Shown piece after piece: positions 1-8,111 of a stretch of 64,000 nt of DNA. This DNA is from Elusimicrobiota bacterium (GTDB lineage: Bacteria > Elusimicrobiota > UBA8919), in contig JBBAAR010000002.1 in assembly GCA_041658185.1 (NCBI GenBank), forward strand, positions 143 through 64,142, in the 5' to 3' direction. The notes below the pieces were generated by a model, which worked only from the letters and a program-made list of their open reading frames with translations, was not told the origin of the DNA and made no database searches. The position numbers were made by a program, and so were the translations under genes. Position 1 is the stretch's first letter, and every line of letters starts with the position of its first letter.

Positions 1-299
1 AAAGAAAACACAGGCGTCTGCCGACGACCATTGTGGCGGATATTTACAGCGGTGAAACCTTTGAATTAAACGGAAAGGGATGTGTTTTTGATTTGTCAAA
101 ATCAGGCATTGCATTTGAAACCAAGATTAAACTTGATGAAAAAAAGCCGTTTTTTATGCGACTGAATATACCGATGGAAGTGATGTGTGAAATTCTCCGC
201 ACCGAAGAAAAAGACGGTATCTATCGGTATGGGGTTAAATTTTCAAAACTGAAAATGTCCGATGCCGTAAAACTTAAAAAAATAGTTCTGGAAGATTGA
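1..299 (+). CDS. PilZ-domain protein, 5'-truncated by the window edge. The frame is open back to position 3 and the listed GTG at 33 is not the real start.
   Basis: The translation contains D-L-S-K-S-G-I-A-F, matching the PilZ (D/N)xSxxG motif. Upstream in-frame residues R-K-H-R-R fit the RxxxR half of the c-di-GMP binding site. There is no stop between the window start and 299. Confidence 0.5.
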   Translation, partial: RKHRRLPTTIVADIYSGETFELNGKGCVFDLSKSGIAFETKIKLDEKKPFFMRLNIPMEVMCEILRTEEKDGIYRYGVKFSKLKMSDAVKLKKIVLED

Positions 300-333
300 A
301 AATGGAACCACAGATGAACGCAGATGGACACAG

Positions 334-2565
334 ATGAAAGTCAAGAACTATCTGCGTAAATCGGCGCCTGTCCCGCTTGCGGGATTTATCTGCGGTTACA
401 AAAATAATATGGAAAATCTTTTTGATGATTTGAATCCGAACCAGCAGGATGCGGTAAAATGCACGGAGGGACCGCTTCTAATTCTCGCAGGTGCAGGTTC
501 CGGGAAGACCCGCGTCATAACTTACCGCATCGCGTATCTTCTCCAAAACGGGGTTAATTCCTGGAACATTCTGGCGATGACATTTACGAATAAAGCGGCC
601 GCCCAGATGAGGGAAAGAATCAATAATCTCGCAGGGCAATCTGCATCAGATATCTGGATTTCCACCTATCATTCTTTTTGTGCAAGGGTTTTACGCCTTG
701 AAGCGGCTTATGCCGGTCTGAACAAGGATTTCACAATTTACGACGACGATGACTCTAAAAAAATAGTTGAGGGCTGCCTTAAAGAGTTGAATTATGACGT
801 TGAAAAATTCAAGCCGTCCGTTATTTCCGGAATGATTTCATCCGCGAAGGACAAACTTTTGGATGCGGAATCTTATGGCATTCATGCGGGTACAACACCC
901 GATCCTATGAAAAAAGTCGCCGCCGGTGTCTATGAACTTTATCAGAAAAAACTGAGCGAAGCGAATGCCGTTGATTTCGGCGACCTTCTGCGGCACACCG
1001 TTGAACTTTTTAAAAACGCCCGAAGCGTGCTGGAAAAATATCAGGAAAGGTTCAAATATATTATGATTGACGAGTATCAGGATACAAATTACGCACAGTA
1101 TGTTCTGACGAAACTTCTGGCTGCGAAATACAAAAACTTATGTGTTGTAGGCGACGATGACCAGGCGATTTATTCCTGGCGCGGCGCCGATGTAAGAAAC
1201 ATTATGGAGTTTGAAAGGGATTATCCTAAAACGACGGTTGTGTATCTTGAACAAAATTACCGTTCTTCCAAAAATATACTTGAAACGGCGGGGAAACTGA
1301 TTTCTTTCAATCATCACAGGAAGCCGAAACAGTTATGGACAAATAAGCCGCAGGGGTTGGACGTTATTTATTCGGAGTTTGCGGATGAATTCGCAGAAGC
1401 CCGCTCTGTCGCAGAAAAAATAAAATCACAAATTTCTACGGAAGGAAAATCGCTTTCGGATTTTGCAGTTTTTTACAGGACAAATGCGCAATCCAGGCTT
1501 TTTGAAGAAACGCTTACCCGCTACGGAATGCCTTTTGTTGTCGTCGGCAGCCAGCGATTTTATGAACGGGCGGAAGTAAAGGATATCCTCGGCTATTTGA
1601 AGTTAATTAATAATCCTTCCGACAACATCGGTTTCAAAAGAATAATCAATACGCCGGCGAGAGGCATAGGAAAAGTTACGTTTTCATCAATAGAGAATAA
1701 TGCCGTTAACTCCGGGAAAAATTTGACGCTTTACGAGTCGGCAAAAGAAATGTATAAAGACGGTCTCCTTCCGAAAGCGGAAAAACTTATCAAACTTGTT
1801 GATTCAATGCTCGCAGAAAAAGAAAATATGGACGCCTCGGAAATTGCAAAAATAGTAATTGATGAAACCGGATACATTCAACTTTTAGAGGCACAGAACG
1901 ACATTGAATCCCGCGGTCGTATTGAAAATATTCAGGAACTTGTGTCGGCAATTGTGGATTTTGAACAGAACTCCCGTGATAAAAGGTTGGCGGCATTTAT
2001 TGAAAATATTGCCCTTGTTTCCGACGTGGATGTTTGGGACGAAAAAAAAGATTTTGTTACCTTAATTACGCTTCATCTTGCCAAAGGACTTGAATTTCCG
2101 TGTGTTTTTATCACCGGTCTTGAGGAAGGACTTTTCCCGGTCGGTAATTCCGCTTATTCTCTGGAAGAACTTGAGGAAGAACGCCGCCTGTGTTATGTAG
2201 GGATGACCCGCGCAAAAGAACATCTTTATCTTTCGGGTGCTTCGCAGCGAAGGGTCTACGGACAGTTGCGCTGGTGTATCCCTTCAAGATTTGTGAAAGA
2301 AGCAGGACTTAAAAAAGAGTGTTCCGGCCCGGTTTTCAGAGATGAAACTCTGATTGGTCCCGGACAGGATACCGTGCAATTGAGTGTTGTCGACGGTAAA
2401 GCAGGTCATTTTTACAGAGGTATGCGGATAAAACATTCGGAGTTCGGAGAGGGAAAAATTTTAGAGGTAAGCGGCGCTGCTGACGACTTAAAAGTTATTG
2501 TTCAGTTTGACGCCGGATTCTGGAAAAAACTTCTGGTAAAATACGCCAATTTGGAAAAAATATGA
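334..2565 (+). CDS. uvrD: ATP-dependent DNA helicase, UvrD/PcrA (superfamily 1A) family
   Basis: 743 aa. Walker A is GAGSGKT, motif II is DEYQDTN, and the Q-motif, helicase motifs III-VI and a C-terminal Tudor-like tail are present. The stop overlaps the gatC start (ATGA). Confidence 0.9.
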   Translation: MKVKNYLRKSAPVPLAGFICGYKNNMENLFDDLNPNQQDAVKCTEGPLLILAGAGSGKTRVITYRIAYLLQNGVNSWNILAMTFTNKAAAQMRERINNLAGQSASDIWISTYHSFCARVLRLEAAYAGLNKDFTIYDDDDSKKIVEGCLKELNYDVEKFKPSVISGMISSAKDKLLDAESYGIHAGTTPDPMKKVAAGVYELYQKKLSEANAVDFGDLLRHTVELFKNARSVLEKYQERFKYIMIDEYQDTNYAQYVLTKLLAAKYKNLCVVGDDDQAIYSWRGADVRNIMEFERDYPKTTVVYLEQNYRSSKNILETAGKLISFNHHRKPKQLWTNKPQGLDVIYSEFADEFAEARSVAEKIKSQISTEGKSLSDFAVFYRTNAQSRLFEETLTRYGMPFVVVGSQRFYERAEVKDILGYLKLINNPSDNIGFKRIINTPARGIGKVTFSSIENNAVNSGKNLTLYESAKEMYKDGLLPKAEKLIKLVDSMLAEKENMDASEIAKIVIDETGYIQLLEAQNDIESRGRIENIQELVSAIVDFEQNSRDKRLAAFIENIALVSDVDVWDEKKDFVTLITLHLAKGLEFPCVFITGLEEGLFPVGNSAYSLEELEEERRLCYVGMTRAKEHLYLSGASQRRVYGQLRWCIPSRFVKEAGLKKECSGPVFRDETLIGPGQDTVQLSVVDGKAGHFYRGMRIKHSEFGEGKILEVSGAADDLKVIVQFDAGFWKKLLVKYANLEKI

Positions 2566-2849
2566 AGATTACAATAAAAGATGTTGAATATGTCGCAAAA
2601 CTTGCACGGCTTTCGTTAACGGTTGATGAAAAGAAGAAATTTGCCGGGCAGTTGAATGCGATTTTGGAGCATATAGACGAACTTAACAAATTAGATACCG
2701 AAGGTGTCCCGCCGACCTCACATGCGGTTGTCATAAAAAATGTCTTTCGCGAAGATGAAATGCAAAAATCCGGATTGACCTCCGATATACTTTCTAATGC
2801 TCCTGAAAAAGAGGATAGGTTTTTCAAAGTCAAAAAAGTGATAGAATAA
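2562..2849 (+). CDS. gatC: Asp-tRNA(Asn)/Glu-tRNA(Gln) amidotransferase subunit C
   Basis: 95 aa. The typical GatC N-terminus (I-x-x-V-x-x-V-A-x-L-A-R-L) is present, the start overlaps the uvrD stop, and gatA follows. Confidence 0.85.
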   Translation: MKITIKDVEYVAKLARLSLTVDEKKKFAGQLNAILEHIDELNKLDTEGVPPTSHAVVIKNVFREDEMQKSGLTSDILSNAPEKEDRFFKVKKVIE

Positions 2850-2869
2850 GTATAACAAATGTTATACTT
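2848..2869 (+). promoter_or_regulatory. Perfect 10-bp inverted repeat with a 2-bp spacer (AAGTATAACA-AA-TGTTATACTT), overlapping the gatC stop and an extended -10 (TGTTATACT) for gatA
   Basis: The palindrome was read directly. A related site ACAAATGTAGTATTT lies at 2921-2935, and the half-site ATGTTATACTTT recurs at 6666-6677 in the promoter of the NifU-like gene. Confidence 0.4.
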
Positions 2870-2954
2870 TACAGACGATAGAAGTTTAATGTAAGAAAAA
2901 ATCACCGACGAGAAAGTAATACAAATGTAGTATTTCTCACTCGGTAAAACTTGT

Positions 2955-4412
2955 ATGGAATTCAGCAATTTAACTGCCTGCGAAATTACAGAAAAAATAA
3001 AAAAACGGGAAATTTCCGCGAAGGAAGTTGCGGAACATTTTCTTAAAAAGATTGAAAAACTTGACGGAAAAATCAATGCCTTCAATTCCGTTTTTGCCGA
3101 AAAATCACTTAAAAAAGCGGATGAAATAGACGGAAAAATCAAAAAAAATGAACCTGTGGGTATTCTTGCCGGTCTTCCTATTGCCATAAAAGATAATATG
3201 TGCATCAAAGGTGAGAAAACAACCTGTTCCTCAAAAATTCTTGAAAATTATATCGCACCTTATAATGCAACGGTCATAGAAAAACTTGAAAAAGAGGATG
3301 CAATTTTTATCGGCAAGACAAATATGGACGAGTTCGCAATGGGTTCATCTTGCGAAAACTCAGCATTTTTTGCCACTAAAAATCCTTGGGATTTAGAAAG
3401 AATTCCTGGTGGTTCGTCGGGCGGAAGCGCCGCCTGCGTTGTAGCCAATATGTCCACAGTATCGCTCGGCTCTGATACCGGCGGTTCTATCAGACAGCCC
3501 GCTTCTCTTTGCGGATGTGTCGGATTAAAACCAACTTACGGAAGGGTTTCAAGATATGGGCTTGTCGCTTTTGCATCATCATTAGACCAAATCGGTCCTT
3601 TTGCGAAAACGGTAAAAGATGCATCACTTATTTTACAAGTGATTTCCGGCTACGATGAAAAGGACTCAACATCCGTAAGAATCCCAGTTGAAAATTATCT
3701 TTCAGAAATTGAAAAAGACATTAAAGGATTAACAATCGGACTTCCGAAGGAGTATTTTATTGACGGTATGGACAAAGAGGTTGAAAAATCCGTTTATGAT
3801 TCCGTAAAAATTTTTGAAAAAGCGGGCGCAAAAATAAAAGAAATATCGCTTCCGAATACAAAATACGCCGTCAGCGTTTATTACATAATTGCACCATCGG
3901 AAGCATCCGCAAATCTTGCAAGATACGACGGCGTAAAATACGGCTTCCGCGCGGCTTCGGATTCGCTTATTGAAATGTATGAAAAAACCCGGGCACTCGG
4001 TTTCGGAAGCGAAGTAAAAAGAAGGATAATGCTCGGAACTTACGCGCTTTCGTCGGGTTATTACGACGCTTATTATCTTAAAGCACAAAAAGTTCGAACA
4101 CTTATAAAAAATGATTTTGACACTGCTTTCAAAAATGTTGATGTAATTCTGACGCCGACAACGCCTTCACCGGCATTCAAAATAGGCGAGAAAATATCCG
4201 ACCCTTTACAGATGTATCTCTCAGATATTTTTACTATTTCCTGCAACCTTGCCGGAATCTGTGGAATCTCTTTGCCCTGCGGTTTTTCGTCGAAAGGGTT
4301 GCCGATTGGACTTCAACTTTTAGGAAAACCGTTTGATGAAAAAACAATTTTAAGGGCCGGGCACAACTTCCAGAAAGAAACCGATTATCATCTGAAAAGT
4401 CCTAATGTATAA
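2955..4412 (+). CDS. gatA: Asp-tRNA(Asn)/Glu-tRNA(Gln) amidotransferase subunit A (amidase-signature enzyme)
   Basis: 485 aa. Amidase signature G-G-S-S-G-G-S-A-A and the catalytic K/S/S context are present, and the gene sits immediately downstream of gatC. Confidence 0.9.
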   Translation: MEFSNLTACEITEKIKKREISAKEVAEHFLKKIEKLDGKINAFNSVFAEKSLKKADEIDGKIKKNEPVGILAGLPIAIKDNMCIKGEKTTCSSKILENYIAPYNATVIEKLEKEDAIFIGKTNMDEFAMGSSCENSAFFATKNPWDLERIPGGSSGGSAACVVANMSTVSLGSDTGGSIRQPASLCGCVGLKPTYGRVSRYGLVAFASSLDQIGPFAKTVKDASLILQVISGYDEKDSTSVRIPVENYLSEIEKDIKGLTIGLPKEYFIDGMDKEVEKSVYDSVKIFEKAGAKIKEISLPNTKYAVSVYYIIAPSEASANLARYDGVKYGFRAASDSLIEMYEKTRALGFGSEVKRRIMLGTYALSSGYYDAYYLKAQKVRTLIKNDFDTAFKNVDVILTPTTPSPAFKIGEKISDPLQMYLSDIFTISCNLAGICGISLPCGFSSKGLPIGLQLLGKPFDEKTILRAGHNFQKETDYHLKSPNV

Positions 4413-6591
4413 AAAACTTCCCTATTTTTTGGTTCCTTTACTTATTCTGATTTTCTACCTGCGCATTTTCTCAACAATAAAAATAAAAAGCGATACTTAC
4501 GATGAACTGAAATGCCTCAAAGCGGGCGAGTATTTAAGCAAAGGCGCCGGCTGGGTTGTAGAGGCGTCCGTTTTTCATCCGCCGCTTTCGTATTATATTC
4601 ACGGGTATCTTCTGAAAAACAGGTTTTTCAAAAACACCGACGAACAAATTTTTTATGCGCGGCTGATTATGGCTGTTTTTGCCGCTCTTTTCGGATTTTT
4701 TGTTTTCAAATATGCCGAAGAAAAATTTGGGACACCGTCGGGACTTGTTGCGCTTTTTCTTTTCACATTCTGCCCGAATATAATTGCATTTTCCTGTTTT
4801 GTCGTGCCTGATATTTTGGTTGCCTTTTTTATATTTTTGGGATTTTACACTTACGAAAAATCACTTGAAAAAACGAAGGACTTCTTCGGCAAAAAATCTG
4901 TTTTTGCGGGGTTGATTTTCGGCTTTGCACTTCTTTCAAAATACACAGGTATTTTTCTGGTTCCGATTTATATTTTACTCGGGCTGAAAAAAATAATTTT
5001 TGAAAAACTTGAAATCAAACATTTTGTAAAACAGTTTTTTGTTGTCTGTGCCGTCGGACTTTTTGTTCTAAATTTGGGCTATAAATTTACGGGAAGTTTT
5101 AAGCCGCTAACCGATTTTTCGTTTGAAAGCAAATTTTTTTCAAAATTGTCGGAAATACCTGTTTTGTCAGAAATTCCGCTTCCGGTTCCCGCCCCGTTCG
5201 TCTATGGTTTTGACATACAGAAACACATTTCCGAAGCGGGACATCCCACATTTCTGCGAGGTGTTAGAAGCATAAAAGGTTGGTGGTATTATTTTATTGT
5301 CGCATTTTTGATAAAAGTTCCGATACCGTTTTTGATATTGTTGTTGGTTGCAATCTTTTATAAACCGAAAGAAAAAATCAATTTGGCAGTTGCCATTTTA
5401 ATACTTACGCTTCCCTTTGTTTTATTCACAAACAGCAATCCCGGGCTGCGATATCTAATACCTATTTTCCCGTTTCTGTTCATTTATGTCAGTGATTTAA
5501 TCAACATAAGAAAAAAGGTTTTTACCGTCGGCTTATGGTTTTTATTAGGATGGTTTGCCGTTGAGAGTATTTTAATTCATCCGCATTATATTGCTTATTT
5601 TAATCAGTTGATAGGCGGTCCAAAAAACGGTTATAAATACCTTGCCGATTCAAACATTGACTGGGGGCAAGACAGATTTCTGGTGCTTAAATATCTCAAA
5701 AAAAATCCGGAAGTAAAATTAAACCCAGTTGAGCCGACTGTCGGGAAAATTCTTATAAATGTAAATAATTTGCAGGACGTTTTTTCCATTGAAGAAAAAC
5801 ACAGATGGCTTAAAAATTTTGAACCCGTCGGCAATATAGGATATTCATGGCTTTTGTATGATATAAAGTTAGACGATTATAAAAAACTTTCGAAAAAAAT
5901 TCCCGGCGATTATTACTTTAACTATTTGCTGGGATTTTTAACGGGAGATAAAAAATTTCTGGAAAAATCAATTGAATTGAACCCGGGATTTACGGATGCG
6001 CGGCTGAAACTCGGGCAACTTTTATCGTCTGAAAATAAAAACGAGCAGGCAATTTTGGAATATAAAAAGATTTTGGAAGAAAATCCGAATAATTATCTGT
6101 CATATAAATATCTCTCGGAAGAATATAAAAAAACCGGAAACAATTTACCCAGCCCTTTCTCAAGGGCTTTTCAGAAAGGGCGGGGTTTAGCCGCCGAATA
6201 CGAAAGAAGATATAAAGTAGCAAAAATATTAAGTTCGTATATTGTTGTGATTTCAACCGCCGAAAATTATTATAAAAATGAGGTTGAAAAAAACCCAAAA
6301 GACGCAAAATTTATAAACAATCTCGGTTTTATCTTCTGGATGAAAGGAGATTTAGATAAAGCGATTTTTTACTTTGAAAAAGCCGTTCAATTACGACCGA
6401 ATTTTATAGATTATTTAGGCAATCTTGCCGCAGTTCACCGTGAGAAAGGCGACAGAAAAAAGTATTACAAATTAAGAAATGAGTATTATCAGAGATATAA
6501 TCTTATATCATCGGCAAGAGTTTCGCAAATACAGTACGGCGATGACAAAATGATTCTGGAAGATGTATTTATTTTACCTGTTGACGAATGA
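4405..6591 (+). CDS. Polytopic membrane glycosyltransferase of GT-C fold (PMT/ArnT/GT39-GT83-like) with C-terminal TPR repeats
   Basis: 728 aa. There are roughly 10 predicted TM helices in the N-terminal ~420 aa. A D-E motif (S-D-T-Y-D-E-L) lies in the first extracytoplasmic loop, as in GT-C enzymes. The C-terminal ~250 aa carry TPR-like repeats (e.g. ...FYFEKAVQLRPNF...). The start overlaps the gatA stop by 8 nt. Confidence 0.6.
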   Translation: MYKKLPYFLVPLLILIFYLRIFSTIKIKSDTYDELKCLKAGEYLSKGAGWVVEASVFHPPLSYYIHGYLLKNRFFKNTDEQIFYARLIMAVFAALFGFFVFKYAEEKFGTPSGLVALFLFTFCPNIIAFSCFVVPDILVAFFIFLGFYTYEKSLEKTKDFFGKKSVFAGLIFGFALLSKYTGIFLVPIYILLGLKKIIFEKLEIKHFVKQFFVVCAVGLFVLNLGYKFTGSFKPLTDFSFESKFFSKLSEIPVLSEIPLPVPAPFVYGFDIQKHISEAGHPTFLRGVRSIKGWWYYFIVAFLIKVPIPFLILLLVAIFYKPKEKINLAVAILILTLPFVLFTNSNPGLRYLIPIFPFLFIYVSDLINIRKKVFTVGLWFLLGWFAVESILIHPHYIAYFNQLIGGPKNGYKYLADSNIDWGQDRFLVLKYLKKNPEVKLNPVEPTVGKILINVNNLQDVFSIEEKHRWLKNFEPVGNIGYSWLLYDIKLDDYKKLSKKIPGDYYFNYLLGFLTGDKKFLEKSIELNPGFTDARLKLGQLLSSENKNEQAILEYKKILEENPNNYLSYKYLSEEYKKTGNNLPSPFSRAFQKGRGLAAEYERRYKVAKILSSYIVVISTAENYYKNEVEKNPKDAKFINNLGFIFWMKGDLDKAIFYFEKAVQLRPNFIDYLGNLAAVHREKGDRKKYYKLRNEYYQRYNLISSARVSQIQYGDDKMILEDVFILPVDE

Positions 6592-6647
6592 AATCGCTTG
6601 ACCCCGTTAGAAGTGGCACATCGTGCTACGATACTTCTAAACAGGAG

Positions 6648-6675
6648 TTGACAAATTCAAAAAATATGTTATACT
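6648..6675 (+). promoter_or_regulatory. Strong sigma70-type promoter (TTGACA-16 nt-TGnTATACT, extended -10) upstream of the NifU-like gene
   Basis: TTGACA at 6648-6653, a 16-nt spacer, TG at 6667-6668 and TATACT at 6670-6675. It lies ~145 nt upstream of the ATG at 6822, and the leader contains two hairpins. Confidence 0.45.
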
Positions 6676-6821
6676 TTTATAAGAGGCATTCAACTACTTT
6701 CGTAGTTGCGAAACCAGTTGAATAGGTTTGGATTTACAGTCGGGAATTGTTATTTCTAATTTTGAAGATTTTGTAATTTTAAGTTTTAATTCTAACCCTT
6801 AACTTTTAAATGGGAGGTTTT

Positions 6822-7043
6822 ATGAAAGAGAAAGTTGAAAAGGCACTGGAAAAAATCAGACCGTTTTTAAAGAGAGACGGCGGTGATGTAAAACTTATTG
6901 ATGTCACGCCCGACGGAGTTGTAAAAGTAAAACTTCTGCTTGCCTGTGCCGGTTGTCCCATGGCATCAATGACATTGAAAAACGGAATTGAGAAGGCGAT
7001 AAAAGAGGAAGTTCCCGAAGTAAAATCTGTTGAAGCGGTGTAA
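6822..7043 (+). CDS. NifU-like (Nfu-type) Fe-S cluster assembly domain protein
   Basis: A GGAGG Shine-Dalgarno at 6812-6816 sits 5 nt before the ATG at 6822, so the listed ORF start 6810 is probably too long. C-A-G-C-P (a CxxC motif) and the Nfu fold-like sequence are present; the protein is 74 aa. Confidence 0.7.
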   Translation: MKEKVEKALEKIRPFLKRDGGDVKLIDVTPDGVVKVKLLLACAGCPMASMTLKNGIEKAIKEEVPEVKSVEAV

Positions 7044-7156
7044 GTAAAAAATTTTATCCAAAAATACAAAAGAATAAAAAGAGTACCGGCACGGTAATTT
7101 TCAGACGGTAAATCGTTCGCTCCGGAATTTTATTTTTTGATGTGTAAAAATAGTAC

Positions 7157-7185
7157 TTGACAAAAATGCAAAAATTGTTTATAAT
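7157..7185 (+). promoter_or_regulatory. Perfect consensus sigma70 promoter (TTGACA-17 nt-TATAAT)
   Basis: TTGACA at 7157-7162, a 17-nt spacer and TATAAT at 7180-7185. The predicted TSS is about 7192-7194. Confidence 0.5.
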
Positions 7186-7191
7186 TATAGT

Positions 7192-7458
7192 GCCGAAGCG
7201 ATGAAATTGCTGGGGCGCTTAATTATATCGCTTTTGATATACTTAAGTAGCGGAAACGAAAATAGCAAATGCCGGTGTAATAATCGGCAGGCGCAAAGTC
7301 GAAGTCCCGAAAAATCGGGAGGCTGGACTGCCGAAAAATGACACATTGAGGGAAGCCGAGTTCTCGGCAGTTCTGGGGTTTTGCAGTTGAGCGGAATGTT
7401 TCGCTGTCGCTCAACATGACATTACCGGGAAGTCGGCTTTCTTTAGCCGACCCACGAA
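7192..7458 (+). ncRNA. Candidate structured RNA or cis-regulatory leader (class unassigned) transcribed from the consensus promoter
   Basis: A ~260 nt GC-enriched segment carries at least five hairpins: gccggtgtaataatcggc, cccgaaaaatcggg, gccgagttctcggc, ttgagcg...cgctcaa and gtcggctttctttagccgac. It ends just before the ATG at 7460. No family signature could be confirmed by eye. Confidence 0.25.
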
Positions 7459-7459
7459 T

Positions 7460-8005
7460 ATGAAAGGAAAAATGTTGAACAGGAAAATCGCAATCATCAC
7501 AATAATTTTTTCCGCTCTGATAGTGGGGTTAGGGATTTCTTTTGCTTTCGGAAATACAATCAACCCCAACTGTCCCGATGAGATAAAACAGGCAATTCAG
7601 AGTTGGGACAAAGGGCTTGATGAAAGGGATGTCAAAAACAATGTAGTCGCCCAATTCATTGGGCAAACGCCTGATAAATCAGGCGACTACAATTTGCGGA
7701 CACTTTTTTTAACATCCCTAATCACCCTTACATTCAACACACCGGTTCACTCTCAAATCATTGTTTCAAACGCGATACAAAAATTATTCACAATTGCCAG
7801 ACACTATCTCCGCCTACCGTCTACCGTCTACCCTATCCCCTCTTTAGTTGCCGTTTTCACCGCTCTCAAACGCTATTTTGAAAAAATATTTCTATTGCTA
7901 TTGGGTTTGATTTTACCGGTAGTTTGTTGTTTTACACTTTCTCACTTTCTCACTTTCTCACTTTCTCACCGACTTTACTATCGTTTCCACAATCTCCGTC
8001 TTTAA
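7460..8005 (+). CDS. Doubtful small ORF. It may be a small signal-anchored protein in its first ~90 codons; its 3' half is translated short tandem repeats.
   Basis: The N-terminus M-K-G-K-M-L-N-R-K-I-A-I-I-T-I-I-F-S-A-L-I-V-G-L is signal/anchor-like. The C-terminal third is encoded by a (CTACCGT)n repeat and (CACTTTCT)4 octamer repeats, giving ...LSHFLTFSLSH... Confidence 0.3.
   Translation: MKGKMLNRKIAIITIIFSALIVGLGISFAFGNTINPNCPDEIKQAIQSWDKGLDERDVKNNVVAQFIGQTPDKSGDYNLRTLFLTSLITLTFNTPVHSQIIVSNAIQKLFTIARHYLRLPSTVYPIPSLVAVFTALKRYFEKIFLLLLGLILPVVCCFTLSHFLTFSLSHRLYYRFHNLRL
7814..7834 (+). repeat. Heptanucleotide tandem repeat (CTACCGT), about 2.8 copies
   Basis: Read directly: ctaccgtctaccgtctaccc. 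Confidence 0.8.
7935..7966 (+). repeat. Octanucleotide tandem repeat (CACTTTCT)x4 plus a partial unit
   Basis: Read directly from the sequence. The unit length is not a multiple of 3 and the repeat lies inside ORF 7460-8005. Confidence 0.9.
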
Positions 8006-8087
8006 TTTTTTAACCCGGCTATCAGTTTAGAATAAATGGTCTGTGCTTTTATGCACACGGGCTATTTCTTGTGGACTGATATTTTTT

Positions 8088-8111
8088 CGCGCGCGTGCGT
8101 GCGTGCATGCG
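8088..8111 (+). repeat. Alternating pyrimidine-purine tract (CG/TG)n, 24 nt, Z-DNA-prone
   Basis: cgcgcgcgtgcgtgcgtgcatgcg, read directly. Confidence 0.8.

Noticed and set aside
1790-6307. Track ORFs 1790-1996(-), 2495-3208(-), 3260-3457(-), 3729-4088(-), 4512-4811(+), 5631-5834(-), 5990-6307(-), 6806-7069(-)
   Set aside because: They are embedded in, and antisense or off-frame to, well-supported genes (uvrD, gatC/gatA, the GT-C/TPR gene and the NifU-like gene). Their translations are low-complexity.
7044-7145. Intrinsic terminator after the NifU-like gene
   Set aside because: There is a T-rich run (attttatttttt, about 7128-7140), but I could not identify a convincing GC-rich stem immediately preceding it, so it is left unannotated.
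7192-7458. Assigning the structured RNA to c-di-GMP-I (GEMM), ydaO, 6S or RNase P families
   Set aside because: Only vague resemblances (CGCAAAG, GNRA loops) are present. I cannot reproduce any family's conserved core by eye, so the class is left open.
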